Positions 35,150 through 46,278 are shown, numbered from the stretch's first letter. The stretch: DNA of 64,000 nucleotides from an uncultured Flavobacteriaceae bacterium (GCA_947493175.1 CANLQD010000001.1:776748-840747), one strand, 5' to 3'. The notes: a model not told the origin generated them from the letters alone. Made by a program: numbers and translations.

Positions 35150-36955
35150 ATGCAACTCAGCACCCTAGACTATTCCATCATCGTCGGATTCTTCACGATT
35201 GTTTTGATCATCGGAATCGTTGTATCGAAAAAAGCGGGTAAAAATACCTCTGAATATTTCCTTTCGGGCAGAACAATGCCATGGTGGTTATTGGGGTTTT
35301 CGATGGTCGCTACTACTTTTTCGACCGATACACCCAATTTGGTAACCGATTTTGTACGTACCGATGGTGTTTCGGGCAACTGGGGCTGGTGGGCCTTCTT
35401 GCTTACCGGTCTGCTTACCGTATTTGTCTACGCCAAACTATGGAGAAGGTCGAATGTCGCTACCGATATGGAGTTTTACGACCTTCGCTATGGTGGAAAA
35501 CCAGCCCATTTTCTAAGAGGTTTTCGATCCTTATATCTAGGTATTGTCTTTAATGTAATGGCCATGTCTGCAGTTACTTTGGCAGCCATCAAAATTGGCC
35601 AGGTCATGCTAGGCCTAACTCCGCTACAAACGGTGTTAATAGGAGGTTCGGTTACCGTAGTTTTTAGTGCCGTCGGTGGTTTTAGGGGTGTGGTCTATAC
35701 TGATTTTGTACTGTTTTTTTTAGCCATCGTAGGAGCTGTGGGAGCCGCCATTTATTTGGTAAACCTTCCGGAGGTCGGTGGACTATCAAACCTCGTTAAC
35801 CACGAAAATGTTCAGGGTAAAATGTCTATTCTACCTGACTTTTCAGATACGGAAGCGCTCATTACCATTTTTATCATTCCGATAGCCGTGCAATGGTGGA
35901 GTGCCTGGTATCCAGGGGGTGAACCGGGTGGAGGTGGTTACATCGCCCAGCGGATGCTGGCCGCCAAAAACGAAAACCACGCCATTGGGGCTACCTTTTT
36001 TTTTAACATTATGCACTACGCTCTTCGGCCCTGGCCTTGGATCTTGGTGGCCTTGGCCTCTTTGGTAGTATACCCCGATATCGCCAGTATACAAGAAGCC
36101 TTCCCAAATGTGGAAGAAAGCAAATTAGGGAACGACCTCGCCTATTCGGCCATGTTGACGAAGTTACCCAGCGGGTTATTGGGTATTGTACTTGCCTCTT
36201 TGGGAGCTGCTTATATGTCGACTATTTCTACCCATTTGAACTGGGGGTCTTCGTATGTTGTGAACGATTTTTACAAGCAACAAGTGAACAAAAATGCAAG
36301 TGAAAAGGAATTGGTCAATGTGGGGCGTATTACTACTGTAGTGCTCATGGTCCTGAGTGCCTTGTTTGCTTTGGAGCTTACCAATGCAACCCAGTTGTTC
36401 GATATCATCATTATGTTCGGAGCTGGGACCGGCCTCATTTTTATCCTACGGTGGTTTTGGTGGCGCATTAATGCATGGAGCGAAATCGTCGCCATGTTCT
36501 CATCAGGTATCATTTCTCTCTTGTTTTGGAAGTTCGAAGAGACGCTCTTTCTAGGTAATCAGGCCCCTTTCCCCGAATGGACCAAATTTCCGCTCGTGGT
36601 TTTGATTACGACAATCATCTGGTTGGCCACGACCTACCTGACCCAACCTGAATCTAAAGAAACCCTGGAGAATTTTTATCGGAAAATACAACCAGGAGGG
36701 CCTGGCTGGAGAAAGGTAATTGACGATGCGAAGGCAACAGGAAATACGCTCGTAGAGGGTGATGCAAAATGGTCGGTACCTTCCGGAATTTTGGCTATGG
36801 CCTTGGGGTGTGTTTTAGTCTATGGCTGTATGTTCGCCACCGGCAACTGGATTTACGGAAATTACACCTTAGCGGGTACACTCACCATAATGGTAGTCGT
36901 TTCCGGATTTTTATTGGCGAAGGTTTGGAATCGGATGAAAGATGATATTCTGTAA
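35150..36955 (+). CDS. Sodium:solute symporter family transporter
   Basis: 601 aa, ~14 TM; YFLSGRTMPWWLLGFSMVATTFS, QRMLAAK, AAYMSTISTHLNWGSS. Confidence 0.9.
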   Translation: MQLSTLDYSIIVGFFTIVLIIGIVVSKKAGKNTSEYFLSGRTMPWWLLGFSMVATTFSTDTPNLVTDFVRTDGVSGNWGWWAFLLTGLLTVFVYAKLWRRSNVATDMEFYDLRYGGKPAHFLRGFRSLYLGIVFNVMAMSAVTLAAIKIGQVMLGLTPLQTVLIGGSVTVVFSAVGGFRGVVYTDFVLFFLAIVGAVGAAIYLVNLPEVGGLSNLVNHENVQGKMSILPDFSDTEALITIFIIPIAVQWWSAWYPGGEPGGGGYIAQRMLAAKNENHAIGATFFFNIMHYALRPWPWILVALASLVVYPDIASIQEAFPNVEESKLGNDLAYSAMLTKLPSGLLGIVLASLGAAYMSTISTHLNWGSSYVVNDFYKQQVNKNASEKELVNVGRITTVVLMVLSALFALELTNATQLFDIIIMFGAGTGLIFILRWFWWRINAWSEIVAMFSSGIISLLFWKFEETLFLGNQAPFPEWTKFPLVVLITTIIWLATTYLTQPESKETLENFYRKIQPGGPGWRKVIDDAKATGNTLVEGDAKWSVPSGILAMALGCVLVYGCMFATGNWIYGNYTLAGTLTIMVVVSGFLLAKVWNRMKDDIL

Positions 36956-36991
36956 TGTTTCGAATATAAGCGAAAACCTCAAAATGAAACA

Positions 36992-37405
36992 ATGAATCCA
37001 AGCTACTCCAAAACACCATTAGGCAAGAAACTTGGGTTAAAAGAGGGGTTTCGAATACTACTTTATCACGAACCAAAAAATTATTTCGATCTGCTACATT
37101 ATTGGCCTGAAGGCATGGAGGTCTTAGAAGAGGTCCATGCAGAAAATGCTGATTTTATACACTTATTCTGTTTGCAAGTAGAAGAACTAAAAGAAGTGCT
37201 TAAAACCTATATGCAAGGCTTGAAAAAGAATGGTTCTTTATGGATCAGTTGGCCAAAAGGAACTTCTAAAATTAAGACCGACCTTAACAGAGATATCATC
37301 CGAGAGCACCTGCTGACAAGCACCCCCTTGGTAGATGTGAAAGTAGCCGCCGTAGACCAGGATTGGAGCGGGCTTAAATTCATGTACCGAGTGAAGAACC
37401 GATAA
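36992..37405 (+). CDS. DUF3052-like protein
   Basis: YSKTPLGKKLGLK...LWISWPK...VDVKVAAVDQDWSGLKF. Confidence 0.7.
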   Translation: MNPSYSKTPLGKKLGLKEGFRILLYHEPKNYFDLLHYWPEGMEVLEEVHAENADFIHLFCLQVEELKEVLKTYMQGLKKNGSLWISWPKGTSKIKTDLNRDIIREHLLTSTPLVDVKVAAVDQDWSGLKFMYRVKNR

Positions 37406-37441
37406 AGCTGACCGAACAACTCTTATGAAAAGCGAACTATT

Positions 37442-38527
37442 ATGAAGAATAGAATTCTTTCCGTCGATATTTTTAGGGGTATGACTATCGTACTCATGAT
37501 TTTAGTGAATACCCCCGGTACCTGGTCAAACGTTTATGCACCCTTACTTCACGCAAAGTGGCATGGCTATACCCCTACCGACTTGGTATTTCCTTTTTTT
37601 CTATTCATCGTGGGTACCTCTATCGTATTTGCCTATCAAAACAAACCTACCACTGGTGCTACCTATAAGAAAATTGTTGTCCGCACTTTAAAATTAATTG
37701 GGCTAGGACTGTTTCTCGGAGCTTTTACCTTAAGCTTTCCATTTATCAAAGACTTTGCAGAGATTCGATTTCCCGGTGTATTACAACGCATCGGCATTGT
37801 CTTCTTTTTCGCCTCCATCCTATTCATCAATGTACCTTGGAAAGCGTTGATCGGGCTTTCTATAGTATTGTTGGTCGGGTATTGGGGGCTAATGGAATTG
37901 GTGCCGGTCAACGGGGTCGCCTCTACCTTGGAACGAGCGCCGAATAATTTAGCGAACTACCTAGATGTGCAACTTTTTGGCTCGCACAATTACAAACCTG
38001 ACTACGATCCGGAAGGTCTTTTAAGTACAATCCCTGCTATTGTTAGTTCGTTGCTTGGTATCTTCACCGGGCTTATATTGACCTCCAAACAAGCTAAAAA
38101 GGCAACCATTTTAATGGGGATTGGGGGGGCGCTATTGATTATTGGTCATCTATGGGATATCATCTTCCCCATTAATAAAGCACTCTGGACAAGTAGCTTC
38201 GTGTTGGTCACAGCGGGTTGGGCCAATCTTATCTTGGCACTCATTTATTACTTAACGGACATAAAAGGCGTTGCGTTCGGTAGTATCTTCCGATATGCCG
38301 GCGCCAATGCCATCATCCTCTACTTTTTATCCAGTTTCATTAGCAAAATCATGGGAATGATCAAGGTTGGAGAAACATCCTTACATGGTTGGCTCTTCAA
38401 TACGGTGTATGTACATGACTTTATTTCGATGCAGCTGTCGTCTTTATTGTACGGACTTTCCGTGGTGGGTTTCTACGCCTTATTGGCCCATATATTGTAC
38501 CGGCGAAAGATCTTTATTAAGGTATAA
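37442..38527 (+). CDS. Heparan-alpha-glucosaminide N-acetyltransferase-like membrane protein (NagX/DUF5009 type)
   Basis: RILSVDIFRGMTIVLMILVN, HAKWHG.TPTDLVFPFFLF, GVLQRIG, DPEGLLS, INKALWTSSF. Confidence 0.85.
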   Translation: MKNRILSVDIFRGMTIVLMILVNTPGTWSNVYAPLLHAKWHGYTPTDLVFPFFLFIVGTSIVFAYQNKPTTGATYKKIVVRTLKLIGLGLFLGAFTLSFPFIKDFAEIRFPGVLQRIGIVFFFASILFINVPWKALIGLSIVLLVGYWGLMELVPVNGVASTLERAPNNLANYLDVQLFGSHNYKPDYDPEGLLSTIPAIVSSLLGIFTGLILTSKQAKKATILMGIGGALLIIGHLWDIIFPINKALWTSSFVLVTAGWANLILALIYYLTDIKGVAFGSIFRYAGANAIILYFLSSFISKIMGMIKVGETSLHGWLFNTVYVHDFISMQLSSLLYGLSVVGFYALLAHILYRRKIFIKV

Positions 38528-38693
38528 ATTAGTAGACATTCGTAAACGAGCCTGTTGTTCGTTTTATTTAAGAGCGGGTAAAACCACAAAATCTACCTTT
38601 TCTGTCTCCTGTCCCGAAGTCACCTTCCGGACCGGCGCAGGGAAAAACAACGGAAACAGCTTCAAAAGGAGCAAAAACCTAAATCTATTGAAA

Positions 38694-39305
38694 GTGAAAA
38701 CATGCTATTTACATCAAGTACTAACAGTGTTGTTTTCTTGCTTGATATCCGCTAGCGCGATTGCCCAAAAAGACTATCAAAAAGGATATGTAATAACCAC
38801 TAACAAGGATACTCTATGGGGTTTTGTAAAAAATCGTAAACCACCACCTTTTGGAAAAATATATTCAAAAATTAGGTTTAAGGGAAAAAGGAGGAAAAAA
38901 CGATATGGGCCAGACGATATTCATGCCTATGAAATAGGCAATAAATATTATGAAAGCGTATGGGTCGATACCGAAACTACGTTTTTAAGCGGAAGCCTGT
39001 TCGATAGTTCCGAAGAAGGGCAACGGCAATTCTTGAGAGTTGGGGAAAAGGGAGCACTGACACATTACATATTCGAATTTCAAGAACAAGGAGAGGAATT
39101 GGTCCAAGAAATCGATTACTTTAAAAAAGAGGGCCGCCCTCAACTCATACGGGTTACTCAAGGATTGTTTGGATTAAAAAGAAAACGGGTGATGGCCTTT
39201 TTAAGCGACTGTCCTTCATTGGTCGATAAAATTGAGCGCAAAAAGTTAAAATATGCCTTTGAAGTTGTGCATTATTACAACAATGTATGCCCGACGGAAA
39301 AATAA
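38694..39305 (+). CDS. Hypothetical exported protein
   Basis: In-frame GTG 38694 gives a signal peptide ending AIA|QKDYQKGYVITTNKDTLWG. The longer ORF-track start overlaps the upstream gene. Confidence 0.6.
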   Translation: MKTCYLHQVLTVLFSCLISASAIAQKDYQKGYVITTNKDTLWGFVKNRKPPPFGKIYSKIRFKGKRRKKRYGPDDIHAYEIGNKYYESVWVDTETTFLSGSLFDSSEEGQRQFLRVGEKGALTHYIFEFQEQGEELVQEIDYFKKEGRPQLIRVTQGLFGLKRKRVMAFLSDCPSLVDKIERKKLKYAFEVVHYYNNVCPTEK

Positions 39306-39357
39306 CGATCAGGCACCTTCTCCCGAGACGTTGCCACACACTAATAGCGTTGATAAC

Positions 39358-39957
39358 TTAAGAAGGCGTTCTATGGGCCGCCAAAAGTTTGGCAACGTAC
39401 TTTCCGATAACATCAAACTCCAAATTTACCACGGTTCCTACCTCATAAGAATTGAAACGGGTATGTTCGTAGGTGTAAGGAATAATGGCCACACTAAAGG
39501 TGTTTGTTCCGGAGTCGACTACGGTTAAACTGGTCCCATCAATAGTAATAGAACCTTTTTCAATGGTAGGATTGCCCATAGAGGCGTCGTATTCAAATGA
39601 AAAGAACCAGCTACCATCTTTCTCCGAAACCGCAGTACAAACACCGGTTTGATCCACATGGCCTTGAACGATATGGCCATCGAGCCGAGCGCCCAAAATC
39701 ATGGCACGTTCCAAATTTACACGATCACCAACTTTCAGATGGTGCAGATTCGTTTTTTGTAATGTTTCTTCTATAGCCGTTACGGTATAAGTATTTTCAT
39801 ATAGCGACACCACCGTTAAACACACTCCGTTATGTGCGATACTTTGGTCGATCTTCAATTCCCCTGCAAGCTCTGAGGCGACGGTGATGTGAAGATTCCC
39901 GCCCTTCTGTTCCAAATGCGTTACTTCTCCCAAAGTTTCAATAATACCTGTAAACAT
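39358..39957 (-). CDS. ribE: Riboflavin synthase (alpha chain)
   Basis: MFTGIIE start at ATG 39957; SIAHNGVCLTV, VNLERA, GHIVQGHVD, VNLEFD. Confidence 0.95.
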   Translation of the reverse strand: MFTGIIETLGEVTHLEQKGGNLHITVASELAGELKIDQSIAHNGVCLTVVSLYENTYTVTAIEETLQKTNLHHLKVGDRVNLERAMILGARLDGHIVQGHVDQTGVCTAVSEKDGSWFFSFEYDASMGNPTIEKGSITIDGTSLTVVDSGTNTFSVAIIPYTYEHTRFNSYEVGTVVNLEFDVIGKYVAKLLAAHRTPS

Positions 39958-40030
39958 CTTCTGTAGATTTTGAGTAGTTTTGCAAGTCGATAAGAACTTG
40001 CATCGGACGGTCGCAAAGGTACTGATAATC

Positions 40031-41077
40031 ATGGATGAAAACGGGAAAATAAAGGTTGGGATATCAATTGGGGATTTAAACGGAATCGGGTGCGAAGTCG
40101 TACTCAAAACGTTTGAAGACTCCCGCATGATGGACTTTTGCACCCCTATTCTTTTTGCGTCCAATAAAACCATCTCCTTTCAAAAAAATGAATTACAACT
40201 GAATATCAAATACCATGGAGTACCCAATGCGAGCAAGGTATTGAACGGAAAAATCAATGTAGTCAATGTTTGGAAAGAGATTCCGAAAATACAGTTCGGC
40301 CAACCCACCGAAGAAGCTGGCAAGTACGCCTTGTTATCGCTCAAAGCAGCGGTAGACGCCCTAAAGAACGGCGAAATTGATGTGTTGGTCACAGCACCCA
40401 TCAATAAGAACAACATTCAATCGGAAGAATTTAAATTTCCGGGCCATACCGACTATTTGGCCCAAGAGTTAGAAGGTGAAAGTTTAATGTTCATGATTAC
40501 CGATGACCTAAAGGTAGGCCTTCTGACCGACCATGTGGCAGTAAAAGACGCTCCTTCCGCCATTAACCCTATCTTGATACGGACCAAAGTACGTACGATA
40601 GAAAAATCTTTGACGATGGACTTTGGTGTTCGAAGGCCAAAAATCGCTTTATTGGGCATTAACCCACATAGCGGAGACAATGGGGTCATCGGAAAAGAAG
40701 ACGATGCTATTTTAAAACCAGTAATCAAAGAAATGTCAGATGCCGGGCATTTAGTATTCGGACCCTATGCCGCCGATAGTTTTTTTGGATCCGACGGCTA
40801 CAAAAAGTTCGATGCAATTTTGGCCGCTTACCATGACCAAGGGCTCATTCCGTTCAAAACGCTCTCGTTCGGGAAAGGGGTAAACTATACTGCGGGACTA
40901 TCGAAAGTACGAACCTCCCCTGATCATGGGACTGCCTATGAAATTGCAGGGAAAGGACAGGCCGACCATAGTTCGTTCAAAGAAGCCGTTTTCGCAGCTA
41001 TCAAAATCTTTAGAAATCGGGAAGAATATGCCGAACTGACCCAAAATCCGCTACAGAAACAGAAAGTAAGGCGGTAA
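40031..41077 (+). CDS. pdxA: 4-hydroxythreonine-4-phosphate dehydrogenase
   Basis: GDLNGIG, VTAPINK, GHTDYL, NPHSGD, YHDQGL, RTSPDHGTAY; start moved to ATG 40031. Confidence 0.95.
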   Translation: MDENGKIKVGISIGDLNGIGCEVVLKTFEDSRMMDFCTPILFASNKTISFQKNELQLNIKYHGVPNASKVLNGKINVVNVWKEIPKIQFGQPTEEAGKYALLSLKAAVDALKNGEIDVLVTAPINKNNIQSEEFKFPGHTDYLAQELEGESLMFMITDDLKVGLLTDHVAVKDAPSAINPILIRTKVRTIEKSLTMDFGVRRPKIALLGINPHSGDNGVIGKEDDAILKPVIKEMSDAGHLVFGPYAADSFFGSDGYKKFDAILAAYHDQGLIPFKTLSFGKGVNYTAGLSKVRTSPDHGTAYEIAGKGQADHSSFKEAVFAAIKIFRNREEYAELTQNPLQKQKVRR

Positions 41078-41194
41078 AATGATATAACGGATGTGGGACG
41101 TGCTAAGGTACTAGTTTAAAAGTCGCAACGCTGTATTCTTACACAACGCGGTTTTTGGCCGTCTTTTCAAACATCTATATTTCATCTTGAACTA

Positions 41195-41224
41195 TTGGCA
41201 GTTATCAAAATAATAGTATCTTTG
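41195..41224 (+). promoter_or_regulatory. Bacteroidota housekeeping promoter for yceD-rpmF
   Basis: TTG (41195-41197), 19-bp spacer, TATCTTTG (41217-41224). Confidence 0.7.
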
Positions 41225-41269
41225 CACCCCGTCAATTAGACGGGTAGTTGTCAAACCAGTGTATATACG

Positions 41270-41800
41270 ATGAAGCATAAGGAATACAGTATTCCTTTCT
41301 CAGGATTGAAGCAAGGAAAACACGCGTTTGAATTTCAGATTGAAAATACGTTCTTTGAATCTTTTGAGTACGACGAGTTCAATGCGGCGAACATTATGGT
41401 AAGCGTGGTGTTGAACAAGACCGCTACTATGTTGGAGTTGACGTTCTCTGCCACAGGAGTCGTTAATATCGACTGTGACCTGACCAGTGAACCTTTTGAT
41501 CTTCCCATCACATCTACGATGGATCTGGTCGTAAAATTTGGGGATGCCTATAATGACGAGAACGAGGAGATTTTAATCATACCACACGGGGAACATCAAA
41601 TCAACGTGGCGCAATACATCTATGAAATGCTGGTGTTAGCGGTACCTTTAAAAAGAGTACATCCCGGCGTGGCCGATGGCACACTGAAATCCGACGCATT
41701 GGACCGGTTACATGCACTTCGACCAAAAGAATCAAAAGACAATACAGAAGAAAACGATCCCCGATGGGATGCATTAAAAAAGTTAATAACGGATAAATAA
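41270..41800 (+). CDS. yceD: YceD/DUF177 family protein
   Basis: Position upstream of rpmF; CDLTSEPF, YEMLVLAVP, DPRWDALKKL. Confidence 0.88.
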   Translation: MKHKEYSIPFSGLKQGKHAFEFQIENTFFESFEYDEFNAANIMVSVVLNKTATMLELTFSATGVVNIDCDLTSEPFDLPITSTMDLVVKFGDAYNDENEEILIIPHGEHQINVAQYIYEMLVLAVPLKRVHPGVADGTLKSDALDRLHALRPKESKDNTEENDPRWDALKKLITDK

Positions 41801-41807
41801 GTGATCA

Positions 41808-42005
41808 ATGGCACATCCTAAGAGAAAAATATCGAAAACAAGAAGGGATAAAAGAAGAACCCATTATAAAGCAGTGGCCCCGACCTTGGCTACAGACCCT
41901 ACTACAGGGGAAATGCATTTATTCCACAGAGCACATTGGCACGAGGGTAAACTATATTACAAGGGCCAAGTATTGATCGACAAAACAGAGGAAGCCGAAG
42001 CTTAG
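41808..42005 (+). CDS. rpmF: 50S ribosomal protein L32 (Cys-free form)
   Basis: [21 protein letters not shown]; no CxxC motifs. Confidence 0.97.
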   Translation: MAHPKRKISKTRRDKRRTHYKAVAPTLATDPTTGEMHLFHRAHWHEGKLYYKGQVLIDKTEEAEA

Positions 42006-42030
42006 GTACTTGACACCCTTTATAAAATAT

Positions 42031-42062
42031 ACTCTCGCCTTACCATAAGGCGGGAGTTTTTT
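42031..42062 (+). terminator. Intrinsic terminator after rpmF
   Basis: ACTCTCGCCTTA-CCA-TAAGGCGGGAGT stem followed by a T run. Confidence 0.85.
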
Positions 42063-42438
42063 GTGGAATTTCGTCATATGCCATTTTTGATGTCAAACTA
42101 CACCGAAGGAAAATGATCGCCCTCTGTGTTAGATAAAAAAGAAACCTTAGTAAAAGAGTCTTAGCTGGGAGCTATTTTTGTCCTAAACGTAGTAGGTGAA
42201 AAAACGTATTTCTACCGAGTAACTTAATATCGTAAATGGTGTTAAGGAACAAATAGAACATATAAAAAAATCCGTAAGGGCGCTTCTTTAGGAGATTCCA
42301 CCGAAATTTACAATCCTTCCCAGAAAAAGACAGAAAAAGCGAATCTTTCTAAAAAAACCATTTTTAGGCAAAAAGTGTTGAAAAATCACTAATTTTCACG
42401 AGTTTTGTGCCAAATTTGGGTTAATTCAATTCATTAGA

Positions 42439-43434
42439 ATGGGTAAATTATCAGCAGCCATCACCGCTGTAGGGGGCTATGTACCAGAATTTGTACTTAC
42501 CAACAAGATGTTGGAGGAAATGGTAGAAACCAACGATGAATGGATAACGACTCGAACAGGGATACAGGAACGAAGAATCTTGAAGCCCGAAGAGGGTGAA
42601 GGAAGCTCCTATCTCGCCATTAAAGCCGTGCAAGACTTGTTTCGCAAGAAACAGGTAGACCCTAAGGAAATAGACTTGGTAATCCTTGCCACCGCGACCC
42701 CAGATACTTTGGTAGCTTCTACTGCTGCATACGTAGCATCTAAGATTGGGGCTACGAACGCCTTTGCGTACGACCTTTTAGCAGCTTGTTCCAGTTTTTT
42801 GTATGGTATGTCTTCCGCAGCTGCGTATATCGCTTCGGGGACCTACAAGAAAGTATTATTGATCGGGGCCGATAAAATGTCATCTATTATCGACTATACC
42901 GACCGAACTACCTGTATTATTTTTGGGGATGGTGCCGGGGCCGTACTATTTGAGGCCAATGAGGAAGGTCTGGGACTGCAAGACGAATATTTACGTTCAG
43001 ACGGCATTGGCCGTACTTACCTAAGTATGGATGCTGGGGGGTCTATTTTACCCGCTTCCGAAGAAACCGTAAAAAACCGACAACACTATATTTATCAGGA
43101 TGGTAAAACGGTCTTCAAATTTGCGGTAAGCAATATGGCAGATGCCGCAGCGCGGATTATGGACCAAAATCAACTCACACACGAAGACGTATCTTGGTTG
43201 GTACCGCACCAGGCCAATAAAAGAATAATAGACGCCACCGCCAATAGAATGGGTCTTGATCATTCAAAGGTTATGATGAACATTCAACGTTATGGCAATA
43301 CCACATCGGCTACCCTGCCGCTCTTATTGTCAGATTATGAGGCTCAATTGAAGAAAGGTGATAACCTGGTATTCGCTGCCTTTGGTGGGGGCTTTACCTG
43401 GGGAGCCATTTATTTAAAATGGGCGTATAACTAA
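42439..43434 (+). CDS. fabH: Beta-ketoacyl-ACP synthase III
   Basis: AACSSF (catalytic Cys), VPHQAN, YGNTTSA. Confidence 0.96.
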   Translation: MGKLSAAITAVGGYVPEFVLTNKMLEEMVETNDEWITTRTGIQERRILKPEEGEGSSYLAIKAVQDLFRKKQVDPKEIDLVILATATPDTLVASTAAYVASKIGATNAFAYDLLAACSSFLYGMSSAAAYIASGTYKKVLLIGADKMSSIIDYTDRTTCIIFGDGAGAVLFEANEEGLGLQDEYLRSDGIGRTYLSMDAGGSILPASEETVKNRQHYIYQDGKTVFKFAVSNMADAAARIMDQNQLTHEDVSWLVPHQANKRIIDATANRMGLDHSKVMMNIQRYGNTTSATLPLLLSDYEAQLKKGDNLVFAAFGGGFTWGAIYLKWAYN

Positions 43435-43458
43435 TACCGACTATTAAAAACAAATTCC

Positions 43459-43938
43459 ATGGATCTAAAAGAAATTCAAAATCTTATCAAGTTCGTAGCA
43501 AAATCCGGTGCCTCCGAAGTAAAACTGGAGACGGATGATGTAAAGATTACCATTCGTACCGGACCTCTAGGCGGTGGCTCAGAAACCACCTATGTGCAAC
43601 AAATTCCGGTAGCTGCTGCGCCTGCTGCTGCACCAGCAGAGAAAACGGCACCTGTAGAGAAAACGGCACCCGAAGCCGAAGCTGCCGATGATTCAAAATA
43701 CATCACAATTAAATCACCCATCATAGGAACATTCTACCGAAAGCCATCCCCAGACAAACCTGCTTTTGTAGAGGTCGGTAAGCAAATCTCAAAAGGTGAC
43801 GTGCTCTGTGTTATAGAAGCGATGAAGCTCTTTAACGACATCGAATCCGAAGTATCGGGTAAAATCGTTAAAATATTGGTTGACGATTCTTCTCCGGTAG
43901 AGTTTGACCAACCCTTATTTTTGGTAGACCCTTCCTAA
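43459..43938 (+). CDS. accB: Biotin carboxyl carrier protein
   Basis: EAMKLFN biotinylation motif; Ala/Pro linker. Confidence 0.97.
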   Translation: MDLKEIQNLIKFVAKSGASEVKLETDDVKITIRTGPLGGGSETTYVQQIPVAAAPAAAPAEKTAPVEKTAPEAEAADDSKYITIKSPIIGTFYRKPSPDKPAFVEVGKQISKGDVLCVIEAMKLFNDIESEVSGKIVKILVDDSSPVEFDQPLFLVDPS

Positions 43939-44029
43939 AATAACAACGACGAAACTTCAAGCACCAAATTCCAATAGTACCTTCTTTGGGATTTGTGATT
44001 TGTATTTTGGAAATTTAATCCAATAGGTT

Positions 44030-45379
44030 ATGTTTAAAAAAATATTGATTGCGAACAGAGGGGAAATTGCACTGCGCGTTATCCGGACCTGTAAAGAAAT
44101 GGGTATTAAAACAGTAGCGGTGTATTCCAAAGCAGATGAGGAGAGCCTGCATGTTCGTTTTGCCGATGAAGCCGTCTGTATAGGCCCGGCCCCCAGCAGC
44201 GAATCGTATCTCAAGATTCCGAACATCATTGCCGCAGCAGAAATTACCAATGCCGATGCCATTCATCCTGGATATGGGTTTCTATCCGAAAATTCCAAGT
44301 TCTCCAAGATTTGCGCAGAACACGATATCAAGTTTATTGGGGCGTCTGGAGAGCAAATCGATAAAATGGGCGATAAGGCAACGGCCAAGGCTACCATGAA
44401 GGCGGCCGGTGTGCCTTGCGTGCCCGGGTCGGACGGACTATTGAAAGATTTGGCCCATGCGAAAAAAGAAGCCAAAAAGATGGGGTATCCGGTAATGATC
44501 AAAGCGACCGCTGGTGGTGGTGGTAAAGGAATGCGTGCCGTATGGGGAGAGGATGAAATGGAGGCGCATTTTGAAAGTGCCGTACAAGAAGCCACCGCTG
44601 CTTTCGGAAATGGTGGCATGTACATGGAAAAACTCATCGAAGAACCAAGACATATCGAAATTCAGGTCGTAGGAGATCAATATGGAAAAGCCTGCCACCT
44701 GTCCGAGCGAGATTGCTCCGTGCAGCGCAGACACCAAAAACTGACCGAAGAGACCCCTTCTCCTTTTATGACCGACAAGCTTCGGGACGAAATGGGAAAA
44801 GCAGCCGTAAAAGCGGCAGAATACATTAAATACGAAGGGGCTGGTACCGTAGAATTTTTGGTCGATAAACATCGGAATTTCTATTTCATGGAGATGAATA
44901 CCAGAATCCAGGTCGAGCACCCGATTACAGAGCAGGTCATCGATTACGATTTGATCAGGGAGCAGATATTAGTGGCAGGAGGCGTCCCGATTTCAGGAAA
45001 GAACTATATCCCAAAATTACATTCTATCGAATGTCGTATCAATGCAGAAGACCCCTATAATGGCTTCAGGCCTTCACCGGGTAAGATAACCACACTTCAC
45101 ATTCCGGGGGGTCACGGTATCCGAATGGACACCCATGTATATAGTGGTTATATAATTCCGCCTAACTATGATTCGATGATCGCAAAGTTGATTACAACGG
45201 CCCAAACACGGGAAGAGGCTATTAATAAAATGAAGCGGGCGTTAGACGAGTTCGTTATCGAAGGCATCAAAACCACCATCCCGTTTCATCGGCAGCTCAT
45301 GGATCACCCCGATTATCTCGCGGGCAATTACACCACGAAATTCATGGAAGACTTTGAGATGCAACCCGAAGAAGAATAA
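44030..45379 (+). CDS. accC: Biotin carboxylase
   Basis: [38 protein letters not shown]. Confidence 0.97.
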   Translation: MFKKILIANRGEIALRVIRTCKEMGIKTVAVYSKADEESLHVRFADEAVCIGPAPSSESYLKIPNIIAAAEITNADAIHPGYGFLSENSKFSKICAEHDIKFIGASGEQIDKMGDKATAKATMKAAGVPCVPGSDGLLKDLAHAKKEAKKMGYPVMIKATAGGGGKGMRAVWGEDEMEAHFESAVQEATAAFGNGGMYMEKLIEEPRHIEIQVVGDQYGKACHLSERDCSVQRRHQKLTEETPSPFMTDKLRDEMGKAAVKAAEYIKYEGAGTVEFLVDKHRNFYFMEMNTRIQVEHPITEQVIDYDLIREQILVAGGVPISGKNYIPKLHSIECRINAEDPYNGFRPSPGKITTLHIPGGHGIRMDTHVYSGYIIPPNYDSMIAKLITTAQTREEAINKMKRALDEFVIEGIKTTIPFHRQLMDHPDYLAGNYTTKFMEDFEMQPEEE

Positions 45380-45381
45380 AC

Positions 45382-45412
45382 ACAAAAACCCCGTAAATTC
45401 GGGGTTTTTTGT
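45382..45412 (+). terminator. Intrinsic (bidirectional-type) terminator after accC
   Basis: AAAAACCCCG-TAAATT-CGGGGTTTTTT. Confidence 0.88.
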
Positions 45413-45569
45413 TGAACTGTATCCCTGAAAACCGGGAGCTATTTTCACGGTTTACCAGTTTTCCTATCGAAAGCCATCCTCCTAATTTTACATCGAATTA
45501 AGAATCAAATTGGTATTGGTACAATTTTAGCTCCAAAAAGCAGTTAATCAATTACAATTCCTATAAAAA

Positions 45570-46256
45570 ATGCTTAAAAAGTATCTTACGTATTCCCTTC
45601 TTTTATGCAGTATGCTATGTTGTACGAGTTGTTTTGAAATTCTTGAGGAAATCAATATGCACAAAGACGGGAGTGGTAGTATGTTGGTCACTTTTAACAT
45701 GAGCAAGAGCAAGACCAAACTAGCTTCCATCATGATGCTCGATAGCATCAACGGTTACAAGGTGCCCTCCGAAGATGAGATCAATGAAGCCCTAAAAGAT
45801 GTCATAAATCATTTAGAGAAGACGGAAGGCATTAGCAATATCAAAAAAACAAAAGACTTCGAGAACTATATTTTTACGGTAGCCTGCGATTTTAAGAATG
45901 TAGAAAGTATCAATGGTATTTTCAAGGAGTTGATCGATAAACAGAACAGAAATGGTGGAACCAAATTCACTACCAAGAATTTCTCTTTCAATGGAGCTAC
46001 GAACACATTTAATCGTTATTTCACCTATGACGATAGTATTAAAAAGTCTTTTTACCATCTGAAGCGCGAAGACAGAAAGGTTTTCGAAGAAGCCAGCCTT
46101 ACCGCCATTTATAGGTTCGAAGACCCTGTAAAAAGTGTTTCAAACCAAAAAGCCAAAGTTTCTCCCAATAAAAAAGCGGTGATGCTCAAGGTAGATGCCA
46201 TGGCATTTATCATGGGAGAACAGAGCTTGGCCAACAAAATACAATTATCAAAATAA
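45570..46256 (+). CDS. Lipoprotein of unknown function
   Basis: LCCTS|CFEILEEINMHKDGSGS lipobox; first of a three-gene cluster. Confidence 0.7.
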   Translation: MLKKYLTYSLLLCSMLCCTSCFEILEEINMHKDGSGSMLVTFNMSKSKTKLASIMMLDSINGYKVPSEDEINEALKDVINHLEKTEGISNIKKTKDFENYIFTVACDFKNVESINGIFKELIDKQNRNGGTKFTTKNFSFNGATNTFNRYFTYDDSIKKSFYHLKREDRKVFEEASLTAIYRFEDPVKSVSNQKAKVSPNKKAVMLKVDAMAFIMGEQSLANKIQLSK

Positions 46257-46278
46257 CAAGACCTATTAAAACAACCAA

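Noticed and set aside
41808-42005. Cys-free L32 as a zinc-starvation paralogue
   Set aside because: It sits in the canonical yceD-rpmF position, so it is most simply the housekeeping copy.
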